NCBI GenBank assembly: GCA_030599585.1
Contig: JAUVNS010000012.1
Location: forward strand, 32,001 to 96,000
DNA from: Promethearchaeota archaeon
GTDB lineage: Archaea > Asgardarchaeota > Lokiarchaeia > Sigyniarchaeales > SOKP01
Reading direction: 5' to 3'
Length of the DNA: 64,000 bases
Shown here: positions 48,139-58,318 of the stretch, in pieces
Layout: the number at the start of each line of letters is the position of its first letter
Position numbering within the stretch: position 1 is the first letter of the stretch
Made by a program: the position numbers and the translations under genes
The notes under the pieces: model-generated
Told to the model about the DNA's origin: nothing
The model's input: only the letters and a program-made list of their open reading frames with translations
The model's database searches: none

Positions 48139-49533
48139 TTAGGCATTTAAAAGACTCTGCTTTCTAATGTGATCAATTATTTTTTTTCTCTTTTTCAAAG
48201 CTTCTATAGCTGCGTTTTCGATTTTTTTCTCCATTTCTAGCTTCATTTCAGGAGTTTCTTCCCCTATTTCTTGTTTAATTTTAGTGTAAGCCGATTCTCG
48301 AAATTTGGGAAGAATTGATTTTTTCACTTCTCCTTCGTAAATCATATTTACTTGTTTAGAATTGTCTACATAACCAATTTCTGCGCATTTAATATTTCTC
48401 GATGCCAAATCACTAATTATTTGTTCCGATATACTCTCTTCGCAGTAAATTAGAAGCGCATCTAACGATACACCTAAGTAATCAACTCCTACTTTTTTTA
48501 ATAATTCTAACACGGCAGGATTAACAAGCTCTCTTACTCGCTGCTCATAGATTGTTACTCCAGATTTCGCTTCGTAGTTAATTTCGTATAAATCTCCCCT
48601 AAGACCCCCGTTTGTGACGTCACACATTGCCCTTATGTCGCTAAGATATTCTTTTTTTAACAAAACATTACAAGCCTCTAGGAATTTAACATTCATCGTT
48701 TCGTTTACGACATTATGATTTCCCGAATATATGGCTGTTGTGGTTATCGTTCCACCTCCGGCGCCCTCAGTCATTAATATTTTATCTCCAACTTGAATGT
48801 TGCGTCTCGCCAATAATTTGTTTCGAGCAACACCAACCGCACTAATTCCGCCCACTAATCTATTCCCAATAACCATATCCCCCCCTATCCTTAAAGTTGA
48901 ACCAGCAGTTATTGGCACTCCTGATATCTCGGCAACTGCGGAAATTCCCGCCATAAAATCAAACAATTTTCCTACATCTGCGTCATCTGCTAAATGAACA
49001 TCAATCATAATGGAAATTGGTTCTGCTCCCTTAACGTACAAATCTCGCAAACAAGCTCGAGTAACATGAAAACCACAAACGAACGGAAAATCACTAAGGC
49101 GACTATGGATTCCCTCCATTTTTGAGACAATAATAATATTATCAGTTCCACTAAAATTACTCATGTCAGATAAATTAACCGCTCCCGCGTCATCTAAAGA
49201 TGTTGGTGATAAAAATGGTTTTTTTTTAGTTTCTGATAATTCTGCAAGTAATTTATGAACAAAAAAATCCCCTACTCCTCGACAACCAACTCCTTGCTTT
49301 CCAACACTCACATTTGCCATATTAATATCTAATAATTCTTTAATAAACGGTTCTGATATTTTAGAGATATCACTTGTTTTACACTCTGTTAATATGGCGT
49401 TTGCCAATGTATACGCTGACTCTTTGTTGATGTCCTTAAAATCAGTGTATTCTTGAACTAGCCTTTCAAGGATTTCTTCATCAGTTTTATTTTGCGTTAT
49501 TAACCTTCTTGTTAAACCTTCTAAATCACTCAA
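48139..49533 (-). CDS. AIR synthase (PurM-like) related protein, archaeal uncharacterised subfamily
   Basis: GVGCRG.GDF, DDAG, GIHSRLS.FP, RA.LRD..V.GA.P, GSTLR.GGD, DVTNGG.RGD, FRE..YT. Confidence 0.85.
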   Translation of the reverse strand: MSDLEGLTRRLITQNKTDEEILERLVQEYTDFKDINKESAYTLANAILTECKTSDISKISEPFIKELLDINMANVSVGKQGVGCRGVGDFFVHKLLAELSETKKKPFLSPTSLDDAGAVNLSDMSNFSGTDNIIIVSKMEGIHSRLSDFPFVCGFHVTRACLRDLYVKGAEPISIMIDVHLADDADVGKLFDFMAGISAVAEISGVPITAGSTLRIGGDMVIGNRLVGGISAVGVARNKLLARRNIQVGDKILMTEGAGGGTITTTAIYSGNHNVVNETMNVKFLEACNVLLKKEYLSDIRAMCDVTNGGLRGDLYEINYEAKSGVTIYEQRVRELVNPAVLELLKKVGVDYLGVSLDALLIYCEESISEQIISDLASRNIKCAEIGYVDNSKQVNMIYEGEVKKSILPKFRESAYTKIKQEIGEETPEMKLEMEKKIENAAIEALKKRKKIIDHIRKQSLLNA

Positions 49534-49913
49534 TAATTAACACCTTTTAGTAGTCTTCAAAAATGGATATAAATTAATCATTTACAGTGCTTATAAGAAT
49601 GATAGAAATAATAAGCTTTTTGTACTGTTTGTCGAAGAATAGAATTTTCTAAATGTTTTATGAATAAAAATAATTTATTGCTTTTAACAAGCAAAATTAA
49701 TTTCATAACTCTATTAAAAATTAAAGCCAATAACGATATATATCTTAGAAATTATTTAATATCTAAAGATTTAATTGTTAATTTCAAAGAATTTAGAGCT
49801 ACCAATCCAATTTAAAAAGATTTTTTATGCTTAATTAATTATAACTAAAATATTTAAATTGCGCTGAATTATCTTTTAATTGACACTAGTGATTATAATA
49901 CCATTGAATTAAA

Positions 49914-50210
49914 ATGTCTAAAAAATCAATTAATAGCAAAGCAAATAAAAACCTTAACACTTCTCTCATAAAATGCTTAACTGAATGTGAGAAGGGGGAA
50001 GAAGTTGTTGTACTACGTGTAAATGCAGGTCGTAATGCAAAAACTCGACTTGCTAATCTAGGCGTTGTTCCGGGTGTAAAAATAAGAAAAACTAAAAATG
50101 CACCTTTCAAGGGACCATTAGAAATAATCGTAAAAGGCTCTTCGTTAGTTATAGGGAGGGGCTTGGCTTCTAAAATTATAGTAGAATGTAATGGAGCTTG
50201 TTTAACCTAA
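49914..50210 (+). CDS. feoA: Ferrous iron transport protein A
   Basis: RLANLGVVPG..I....APF.GP...V.G....GRG.A; directly upstream of feoB. Confidence 0.92.
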   Translation: MSKKSINSKANKNLNTSLIKCLTECEKGEEVVVLRVNAGRNAKTRLANLGVVPGVKIRKTKNAPFKGPLEIIVKGSSLVIGRGLASKIIVECNGACLT

Positions 50211-50282
50211 TTTTGGATACAAATTAAGGTAAAAATCATTTAAAATTGTAATTTATCTTACAATAAGAACAGTGTGTAAATA

Positions 50283-52493
50283 ATGAGTTGTCATTCGCCA
50301 AAGAATAAATCTAAAAATGAACTAAAGTTCAAAGACACAATAAACATCGCTCTGGCAGGCAATCCAAACGTTGGTAAATCCGTGATTTTTAATCAACTTA
50401 CCGGTCTTAGTCAAACAATCGGAAATTGGCCTGGAAAAACCGTTGAACGAATGGAAGGTCGTTTAGAATTTTTAGGTTATCATTTTAATATTGTAGATTT
50501 ACCTGGGATATACTCTCTTTCAACATATTCCTTAGAAGAAATAGTAAGTAGAGAATTTGTTATATCCGATGAAGTCGATATTATCATAAATGTTATCGAT
50601 GCTACAAATTTAGAGCGAAATCTATTTTTTACATTTCAATTGCTAGAATTAAAGATACCAATGATTCTAGCTATAAATCAGATGGATATATTACGAAGAA
50701 GGAACATCGATTTAGATTTTAAAGAACTAGAACGGATTTTTAAATTACCTGTTCTTCCTGTGGTAGCAGTTCATGGAACGGGGGTCCATCAACTATTAGA
50801 AGAGGCAATTGAGTTGGTAGTGTATCGTCGTCCTCACCGCCATTCTAGAGGAAAACGGTTAATAGAATCGAAATATCACAGTCGTCCTCGCCCTCACCCT
50901 CATTCTAGAAGAAAGCGATCAATTGAATCTAAGCATCGTGGACGCCATTATTATCGCGTAGAGCATGTTCTCAAAAAATTTGAATCTAAGGGAGCAATAA
51001 AAAAAAACTTCACATTTCCAGAATTGCATCAGATAACATCTTTCGGAAAAGAAGTAGAATTAAAAATTTTAAGCTTAATTGAAAAGATAAATAGTTATGA
51101 GCAAATAGTATCGTCATGTAATTACCCCTCAAGGTTTTTAGCGATAAAACTATTGGAAAGAGATCGTGAGGTTATAAAAATATTTACGGACAATGAAGAA
51201 GGAAAAGTAATTATCGAATTATCTCAAAAATATCGAGAGGAGCTTGAAAATATACACGGTGAAGATATTAATACAATTATATCGTCAGAAATTTACAGCA
51301 ATATTAAGAAAATTATAGATTTAGTCCTCAGAACTAAGATGAAAAGAAGTAGGAAAAGGAGAACTCTTGCTGATTTTTTCGACCATCTCACAACCCATTC
51401 TATTTTTGGCTACATTATTTTAGTTGTTGTTTTATTTGGGATTTACTTCTTCACTTTTTCCTTAGGAGATTTCTTTGCTGAAATTATAGATAATATTTTC
51501 ATGATTTTGAACGACATCGTTTACATAAATTATGATGCTGATAATAATTTAGTTAAGATATTTTGGGACGGTGGAGTAGGAGGGATTGCTGGTGCCATTG
51601 GAGGTGTTTTAGTTTATGTCGTTCCGTTTTTTTTAGTTATAGAAATTCTACAAGACTCGGGTTATTTACCAAGAGCCGCGTTTTTAATGGATAGATTAAT
51701 GCACTCACTCGGAGTCCACGGAAAAACGATTATACCAATGATTTTAGGTTTTGGTTGTAATGTTCCGGCATGTGCGGGATGTAGAATAATGGAAACTGAA
51801 AGAGAGAAAAAAATATCTATAGCTCTTACTTCTCTTGTACCGTGCGCGGCGGCAATGACCGTCGTTTTAGGGTTGGTAGGGCGATATTTAGGATTTTATT
51901 GGGTATTAACATTATTTCTGATTAATTTTTTTGTTATTTTTGTGGTGGGGCGAATCTTGAATAAAACGTTACCTGGTCAATGTACAGAACTAATAATGGA
52001 AATGCATGAATATCGATTACCTAATTATGCTGTCATTTTTAAACAAACATGGGTTCGAACCAAAGAATTTATATTTAAAGCTATGCCCATAATGGTAGTA
52101 CTCGGAATAGTTTTAGAAATTTTATTAATATTCAACGCTTTAGAGCCAATAAATGTTATTTTGAGCCCTGTCACGGTATTTTGGTTGGGGCTACCAGCTA
52201 TAACTGGCGTGTTCTTAATATATGGAATTTTAAGGAAAGAGTTAACCTTGGTTCTCTTATCGATTTTAGCTAATTCTTTAAATGTTACCCTTTTAGAATT
52301 ATTAACTCCAATTCAAATGGTTGTATTTTCGATGGTTACGATGCTCTACGTACCATGCTTCGCAACTGTAATTATTCTTGCAAAACAGGTAAATTGGAAA
52401 TATGCTATTCAGATATCTCTTTTAGAGATATTTTTGGCATTGCTTGTTGGTGGAATTATTAATTTTGGATTTTTCCTGGTGACAAGCTTCTAA
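50283..52493 (+). CDS. feoB: Ferrous iron transport protein B
   Basis: GNPNVGKS, GNWPG.TVE, DLPG.YSL, DSGY..R.A, GFGCNVPA, LY.PC. Confidence 0.96.
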   Translation: MSCHSPKNKSKNELKFKDTINIALAGNPNVGKSVIFNQLTGLSQTIGNWPGKTVERMEGRLEFLGYHFNIVDLPGIYSLSTYSLEEIVSREFVISDEVDIIINVIDATNLERNLFFTFQLLELKIPMILAINQMDILRRRNIDLDFKELERIFKLPVLPVVAVHGTGVHQLLEEAIELVVYRRPHRHSRGKRLIESKYHSRPRPHPHSRRKRSIESKHRGRHYYRVEHVLKKFESKGAIKKNFTFPELHQITSFGKEVELKILSLIEKINSYEQIVSSCNYPSRFLAIKLLERDREVIKIFTDNEEGKVIIELSQKYREELENIHGEDINTIISSEIYSNIKKIIDLVLRTKMKRSRKRRTLADFFDHLTTHSIFGYIILVVVLFGIYFFTFSLGDFFAEIIDNIFMILNDIVYINYDADNNLVKIFWDGGVGGIAGAIGGVLVYVVPFFLVIEILQDSGYLPRAAFLMDRLMHSLGVHGKTIIPMILGFGCNVPACAGCRIMETEREKKISIALTSLVPCAAAMTVVLGLVGRYLGFYWVLTLFLINFFVIFVVGRILNKTLPGQCTELIMEMHEYRLPNYAVIFKQTWVRTKEFIFKAMPIMVVLGIVLEILLIFNALEPINVILSPVTVFWLGLPAITGVFLIYGILRKELTLVLLSILANSLNVTLLELLTPIQMVVFSMVTMLYVPCFATVIILAKQVNWKYAIQISLLEIFLALLVGGIINFGFFLVTSF
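50829..50948 (+). repeat. Imperfect 60-bp tandem duplication inside feoB encoding a His/Arg-rich insert
   Basis: RPHRHSRGKRLIESKYHSRP / RPHPHSRRKRSIESKHRGRH. The DNA units share cctcac...cattctaga...gaatc. Confidence 0.8.
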
Positions 52494-52587
52494 AACGATT
52501 ATTACAAAATTCGTAATTATATCATATTTAAATTATTTTAAAAATTCTTATCCGTAGCTCCAAATTTTTTTAAAATATTGAAGCAAA

Positions 52588-53604
52588 ATGGTAAAATGTA
52601 GAATTACAACACCATGTAGGATCCACCTTTCTCTAATCGACGAAAACGGATATCTTGGTCGAGTTGATGGTGGAATCGGCCTTATGTTAGATAGACCTAA
52701 TGTAATATTTGAAGCTTCTAATAACGCAGAGGAGTTTCAAATTGAAGCTCATAAATACTATCGTGAATCGATTGAAGTCATTAATGAGCAAGCTTCAAAG
52801 GTTTTTAAAGCATTCAATATCAATAATAAGAACTTTCACTTCAAATTAAAGAGATACTTTCCAAGCCATGTAGGATTAGGATCTAAAACTCAACTCTCAT
52901 TAGCCATAGCAGTAGCGATAACTAAATTAAAAGATATTAATAATGTTTCTGTGGAAGAATTGACAAAACTTGTAAATAGAGGTGGAACGTCAGGAATTGG
53001 ATGGAGAGGATTTGAAAAAGGTGGCTTTATTGTTGATGCTGGCCATGAATTTGGAAAAGGTAAAGAAAAAGAAACATTTCTCCCTTCTTCAGCTTCAAAA
53101 TCTGCTAATCCCGCACTTACTATTTTACGATACAAAATTCCTGAACACTGGAGATTTGTTCTAGTAATCCCAAATGTAAAGAAAGGAGCCTATGGAGATG
53201 AAGAAGTTAGCATTTTTCAGAGACATGCTCCTATCCCAAGAGAGGAAGTGAACGAAGTGTCTCATCAGATTCTAATGAAATTAGTTCCCGGAGTTATTCG
53301 AAAAGATTTAGTGAGTTTTGGTGAAGGTTTAAAAAGAATACAGAATATTGGATTCAAAAAAATTGAAATCTCTCTCCAACATGAGATTGTAAAAGACGTT
53401 CTAACATTTTTTGAAGATTATGGGGTTAAAGCTTACGGAATGTCTTCATTTGGACCTAGCGTAGTAGGAATCGTAGAATCTGACGATGAAGCAAATAAAC
53501 TTTTAAAAGCGGCTCAGATGCGTGTAAACGGTGTTGGTGGACACATTTACCTATGCAAACCTAATAATCACGGAGCAAAAATAGAAATTGTAGATGATTT
53601 TTAA
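52588..53604 (+). CDS. mptG: Beta-ribofuranosylaminobenzene 5'-phosphate synthase (GHMP family)
   Basis: P.R.H..L.D..G..GRVDGG.G, HVGLGS.TQ, RG..SG.G..GF..GGF..D.GH, MSSFGP. Confidence 0.9.
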   Translation: MVKCRITTPCRIHLSLIDENGYLGRVDGGIGLMLDRPNVIFEASNNAEEFQIEAHKYYRESIEVINEQASKVFKAFNINNKNFHFKLKRYFPSHVGLGSKTQLSLAIAVAITKLKDINNVSVEELTKLVNRGGTSGIGWRGFEKGGFIVDAGHEFGKGKEKETFLPSSASKSANPALTILRYKIPEHWRFVLVIPNVKKGAYGDEEVSIFQRHAPIPREEVNEVSHQILMKLVPGVIRKDLVSFGEGLKRIQNIGFKKIEISLQHEIVKDVLTFFEDYGVKAYGMSSFGPSVVGIVESDDEANKLLKAAQMRVNGVGGHIYLCKPNNHGAKIEIVDDF

Positions 53605-53999
53605 TGTCTAATAACAAACATAATGCATATTTTCCTCCTGATTTAAGTGATGGAGAAAGAGCAAGCTTTGAAATAGGTATAAAGTTAGGGGCACTTTATC
53701 ATATTCTATGTGGGATGCCAATTTCCTCGAATTCTAGCGTTATTGATTCTATTGAAAAAGGTATCGAAGCGTCCATCTCATGCCAACCATATGTTAAATT
53801 TGTTAAAGTTAATATTAATCGTAAACAAATTCAAGGAGATAAGTCTTCTGAATTTGAATACGATGAAATTACCGGGAAACACATCCAAGCTAAAGTTGTT
53901 CTAGATTTCAGATCTGTAGAAATCATAGCAAAAATAGAATGGATTGAAGAACTCAAGTACCCTTTGATGTTTATTGAGAAAATATCAAAAAAAATCTAA
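53604..53999 (+). CDS. mptD: Archaeal dihydroneopterin aldolase (DUF381)
   Basis: ERA.FE.GIKLGALYH...G.P, QPYV, L.YPLM. Confidence 0.85.
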   Translation: MSNNKHNAYFPPDLSDGERASFEIGIKLGALYHILCGMPISSNSSVIDSIEKGIEASISCQPYVKFVKVNINRKQIQGDKSSEFEYDEITGKHIQAKVVLDFRSVEIIAKIEWIEELKYPLMFIEKISKKI

Positions 54000-54745
54000 C
54001 TCTCTAAACTACTAACATAGTCTTTAACATATTCAATTGCTTTCAAAGCGCTTGTATTTTTTCCAAATCTTAGTACCTCACTAACATTTTCTTCAATTTT
54101 ATATTTAATCTTATTGAATACGGTTTTATCTTTTTTTTCTTTGGCGACATATAATTTTGTAGCTAAAATGATAGTTTCCAATGTAAGGTTTTCTGCTCTA
54201 TTATATAGTTTAAATGATTCTTTAAATTTTTCGTAAGAAATTACAGATAAACTTATTTCAACTAACTCCACCTGTCCTAAACTATCAATCTTTACGACTT
54301 GATTTTTATTCGTTGCTACGCACGAGATAATAGCCCACGCTTGATTTAAATATGGCAAATGAATAACATTATCTTGTGTAATTCCTTTAAAAATTGCCTT
54401 ATGCTCGTTTTTCACATCAAATGGATATAAATTATAATGGCGTTCCGTAAATGTCTCGATACTACTAGAAATATAATTACCTTTTAAAGATGCTATTGCA
54501 TAAAGAAAGATGTCATCAACAAAATTTAAAATAATTAATTTCGTGCTATCGAGATTTTTATATGTAGTCGTATTTGGGAATGGCCAAATTTTTATTGTAT
54601 TATTTTCCAACAATCTTATACCCATAGCGGCAGTGTTTGAAACTATTTTATTATTCTTTATAGAATAAGTTGTAGCTAAAACTTCATATAAATAGTTCAT
54701 TTCCAGACCTATAGATGCAAGGTCTCCTTGAAAATTGGATGGCAT
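53996..54745 (-). CDS. DUF447 family protein (FMN-binding split barrel, H4MPT-linked)
   Basis: E...TT...N.A.MG, T.T..NL, NRA...E..I.AT motifs and gene context. Confidence 0.75.
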   Translation of the reverse strand: MPSNFQGDLASIGLEMNYLYEVLATTYSIKNNKIVSNTAAMGIRLLENNTIKIWPFPNTTTYKNLDSTKLIILNFVDDIFLYAIASLKGNYISSSIETFTERHYNLYPFDVKNEHKAIFKGITQDNVIHLPYLNQAWAIISCVATNKNQVVKIDSLGQVELVEISLSVISYEKFKESFKLYNRAENLTLETIILATKLYVAKEKKDKTVFNKIKYKIEENVSEVLRFGKNTSALKAIEYVKDYVSSLES

Positions 54746-54920
54746 TACCTTTAATCATACAAATTCTTAGTTGTATAAGTAAGAATATATCCAAGCTCTT
54801 TAATATTTTATAAAAATTTAATCACATTTATACCTCGAACAAGAAGCATTAAAAATTAATAAAAATAAAAAGAATTGTTGAACTTTAATTATAAGCAAAA
54901 CAACTAGAGCTTGATTTTCA

Positions 54921-56012
54921 TTGATTAAGGTATTAGGAATCGACCCTGGCTCATTAACGTGGGATTTTTTCGCTTTAGAAGGTAAGCAAGTTATCTTAGA
55001 TATTTCAATTTCTACAAAAGAAGTGATAGAAGAACCTTCTAGAGCGATTTCGATCATAAAATCAATAAAAAATCTTGATTTAATCGTAGCACCAAGCGGT
55101 TTTGGATTACCACTAAAAAATGTTAAGGATATTACCGAAAAAGATATTTTTTTAACACTTTTAAAATTTGACAAAAAGGAGAGGGAACAATTAGTTGGAT
55201 TAGGGGAAGTTCTTCGATTAATGAAAGCAGAAAATCTTCCTGGAATCATTGTTCCCGGAGTTAAACATCTACCTACAATCCCTCGATATCGTAAAATAAA
55301 CAAAATCGATATGGGAACGGCAGATAAGCTTTGTACCGTCGTTACGGGAATTAGAGATCAAATAGACCGTTTAAAAATGCAACCTGCAAACACTAATTTC
55401 ATCATGGTTGAACTTGGATTTGGTTTCACAGCAGTTTTAGCAATAGAAAACGGACAGGTGATCGATGGGATTGGGGGTTCTAACATTATGGGTTTTAAAG
55501 CTTGTGGGAATCTTGATGGAGAATTAGCTTATTTAATTAAAGATATTAAGAAAAACATCATATACGGAGGAGGATTGTCCTCAATATCAGGGCATGGCGA
55601 TTTAACCTTTGACCAATTTACGAAATTAGTTAAAAATGACCCTCAAACAAGATTGGCTTTTCACGCTTACATTTCTGATTTAATCAAGGCAATTTATGCT
55701 ATATCATCCTCTTTTTCGAATAAGGATCAAATAACTGAGATATTATTAGCTGGAAGAGGATCGAATAATCATATTATTAAAGACGAAATCGCTACTAGTT
55801 TAGAAGGTTTGTTTACCGTTAATTTAATGCGAACCTATGGTAGCATTTCAAAACACGCAGCTCAAGGTGCTGCTTTTATTGCTAATGGACTTCTTGGTGG
55901 AGAATTTGCCCCTATCGTAAACAATCTGAAAATCAAAGAAGCTAAGGGTTCCGTTTTAGACGATATATATGTTTCTTTCGATAAAAACAAACTATTGAGT
56001 GATTTAAATTAA
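54921..56012 (+). CDS. DUF1464 family protein (ASKHA/sugar-kinase fold)
   Basis: GIDPGS, APSG.GLP, PGV.HL.T.P..RK.N.IDMGTADK, DGIGG, LDGELAY, K.AAQGAA.IA.G..GG. Confidence 0.85.
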   Translation: MIKVLGIDPGSLTWDFFALEGKQVILDISISTKEVIEEPSRAISIIKSIKNLDLIVAPSGFGLPLKNVKDITEKDIFLTLLKFDKKEREQLVGLGEVLRLMKAENLPGIIVPGVKHLPTIPRYRKINKIDMGTADKLCTVVTGIRDQIDRLKMQPANTNFIMVELGFGFTAVLAIENGQVIDGIGGSNIMGFKACGNLDGELAYLIKDIKKNIIYGGGLSSISGHGDLTFDQFTKLVKNDPQTRLAFHAYISDLIKAIYAISSSFSNKDQITEILLAGRGSNNHIIKDEIATSLEGLFTVNLMRTYGSISKHAAQGAAFIANGLLGGEFAPIVNNLKIKEAKGSVLDDIYVSFDKNKLLSDLN

Positions 56013-57582
56013 AAATATTTTAATTATAACTGGTCAAAGTAGTTATTCAATTATTGAAAAAGTTATTTCTCCTATTAAATATCACAGAATTAAAGTTTAT
56101 AAAGCTCCAGTAACAATTTCTGCCTTTATTTCAGAAACTCTAGTTGAAGATATAATTAAAGAAATAACTATTCAAGATTATGATTTGATTTTACTCCCTG
56201 GATTTATACAGTGGGACACCACTAAATTAGAGAAATTAAATTCGATCGCAATTAGAAAAGGTCCAGAGTTTGCTTCAGATCTCCCTATGGTTTTGAAACA
56301 CTTAGACGCTCTTAAACTCTCTAATTCTACTCCCGCAAATAAAATATTGGAACTCTCAAGCGAACAAGAATACGAAGAAATCCTAAAAGAACAGTTAGAA
56401 CTTGCCAGAGATAACATAGATTCCAACACATTCTTTTTAAATGATAAAACCTCAAATCTAATGATTGGACCTATGCTTCCACCTCCGATTATTGCTGAAA
56501 TAGTAAATTGCCCAGAAAAGAATGATCAAGCAATACTTAGAAAAGTAAAGCATTACATAGAATCTGGTGCTGATATAATTGATATTGGATGCGTCGCAAA
56601 CAAACCATCTCCTGACAGGGTAAAAAATATTGTTAAACTTATACGAAATAAGTTTAGTGTTTTAATTAGTGTCGATTCAATGGAAAAAAGTGAAATATTG
56701 GCTGCTGTTGATGAAGGCATTGACATGATCCTAAGTTTTGATCTTGGAAATTATAAGGATTTCTTAGGTATTCCTAGGGATATACCTATTGTAATATTAC
56801 CAACAAACATTAAATCCGCCTATTTCCCTAAAGAACCAGAAGTAAGAGTTAAAAATTTGTTTAAATTAACGGAAGAATTGAGACAGGAAGGATTTAAAAA
56901 ATTAATTGCCGATCCATTATTAGAAACTCCCATCGTTCCAGGGATTTGCAATTCTCTGGAAGCATATTTCTTATATAAAAAGCAAGTATTAAAAGAAGAA
57001 AAGAAGAAATTGGAATTACCTCTATTCTTTGGAATTTCAAACGTAGTAGAGCTAATGGATATAGATTCAGTGGGCGTAAATGGATTGTTAGCAAGCATCG
57101 CAATTGAGTTAGATATGGGTATATTATTTACAGTTGAACACAGTGCTAAATTAATGGATGGAGTAAGAGAACTAAAAGAGAGCGTGAAACTAAATTACAT
57201 CTCAAAATTTAAAAAAACACCTCCAATAAATCATGGAATTAGCGTATTTAAAGCTAAAGGTAAGACGAGTCAAAAACTTCCAGAAATTGATACCAGAAAC
57301 GCAGTAGCTATCAAAGAATCTGTTTCTGATTATGTACCAGACAAAAATGGATACTTTAAGTTTTATGTGAATTACTATACTAAAGAAATTTACGTATTAT
57401 TTTTTTCTAATGATAATAATCTTCTCAAAACTTTAATAGGAAATAACGCTGAAACACTTAGCAAAAAAGTTCTTGAATTAAAATTAACAAATAATTTAAC
57501 CCATATTAATTATATTGGAAGAGAATTAGCAAAAGCAGAATTATGTCTCTTTTTAGGAAAACCATATATCCAAGATGAATAA
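56008..57582 (+). CDS. Dihydropteroate synthase-like protein (methanopterin pathway) with C-terminal DUF4346; probable ATT start
   Basis: The ORF-track start at 56185 cuts off a stop-free 59-codon N-terminus (KNILIITG...APVTISAFI...YDLILLPG). Other motifs: KGP..A.DLP, IAEI, GADIIDIG, NV.EL.D.DS.G.N, Y.GREL.KAE..L......Y.QD. Confidence 0.85.
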   Translation: MKNILIITGQSSYSIIEKVISPIKYHRIKVYKAPVTISAFISETLVEDIIKEITIQDYDLILLPGFIQWDTTKLEKLNSIAIRKGPEFASDLPMVLKHLDALKLSNSTPANKILELSSEQEYEEILKEQLELARDNIDSNTFFLNDKTSNLMIGPMLPPPIIAEIVNCPEKNDQAILRKVKHYIESGADIIDIGCVANKPSPDRVKNIVKLIRNKFSVLISVDSMEKSEILAAVDEGIDMILSFDLGNYKDFLGIPRDIPIVILPTNIKSAYFPKEPEVRVKNLFKLTEELRQEGFKKLIADPLLETPIVPGICNSLEAYFLYKKQVLKEEKKKLELPLFFGISNVVELMDIDSVGVNGLLASIAIELDMGILFTVEHSAKLMDGVRELKESVKLNYISKFKKTPPINHGISVFKAKGKTSQKLPEIDTRNAVAIKESVSDYVPDKNGYFKFYVNYYTKEIYVLFFSNDNNLLKTLIGNNAETLSKKVLELKLTNNLTHINYIGRELAKAELCLFLGKPYIQDE

Positions 57583-57800
57583 AAAAAACAATGTTTCAAT
57601 ATGCGAAACAATTTCCTAAAGTCCATACCAGGTAAATATTTTTCTAATTTTTAAAAATAGTAAAAAGCGTTAAGATTTAATCGTTTAAGAAGCCTATCAT
57701 CAATTAACGCAAATTAAACAATAAATTATAATTTATAAAAAAAATCCTTAAAGTTCAGTAGCTTTAATAATAAATTACCTAAATAAATCGAATTGAAAGA

Positions 57801-58241
57801 ATGATGAAAAGAAATATAAATTTTGTTAATAGAAAGATAAGGAAATTGAATCTTACAAGTAGACCCACTCGAAAATTATATAGAAAATTTGATCAATCAA
57901 TCTCTCCAGCTGGGTCAACTAAATACGATGAACTTGTGAAATCATTAAGAGAAAATCCTAATTTAAACGCTAAGAATTTCCATCAAACGCTTGACAAAGA
58001 AACAAAGAAGATATTTCCTCGTTTAACAGTAGAGGAATTTGATGTTGCAAAATTTGTTGCATTACAAAAGTATATAGAACAACTTGAAGAGGACTTAGCA
58101 GAAATGGGCGATGATGCTCAACTGGGAAATATTGATTTACAAAACGCCTTACAGAAACAGCAGCAAACGCTTCAATTGCTTTCCAATGTTTCTAAAATGC
58201 TTCATGACACAAGCATGGCAGTGATACGCAAGATCGGATAA
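57801..58241 (+). CDS. Hypothetical protein with C-terminal helical motif resembling T3SS needle/pilin subunits
   Basis: C-terminus MGDDAQLGNIDLQNALQKQQQTLQLLSNVSKMLHDTSMAVIRKIG. Confidence 0.6.
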   Translation: MMKRNINFVNRKIRKLNLTSRPTRKLYRKFDQSISPAGSTKYDELVKSLRENPNLNAKNFHQTLDKETKKIFPRLTVEEFDVAKFVALQKYIEQLEEDLAEMGDDAQLGNIDLQNALQKQQQTLQLLSNVSKMLHDTSMAVIRKIG

Positions 58242-58318
58242 TGAAATGCCAAAGTAGTGGACAAACCTTTTATACAAGACGAATAATATTAAATGAAAAA
58301 AAAGAGAGATTGCATTTT

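Noticed and set aside
49534-49913. DtxR/Fur-like iron box or hidden ORF upstream of feoA
   Set aside because: Only weak AT-rich pseudo-palindromes, expected by chance at this composition, and no convincing ORF.
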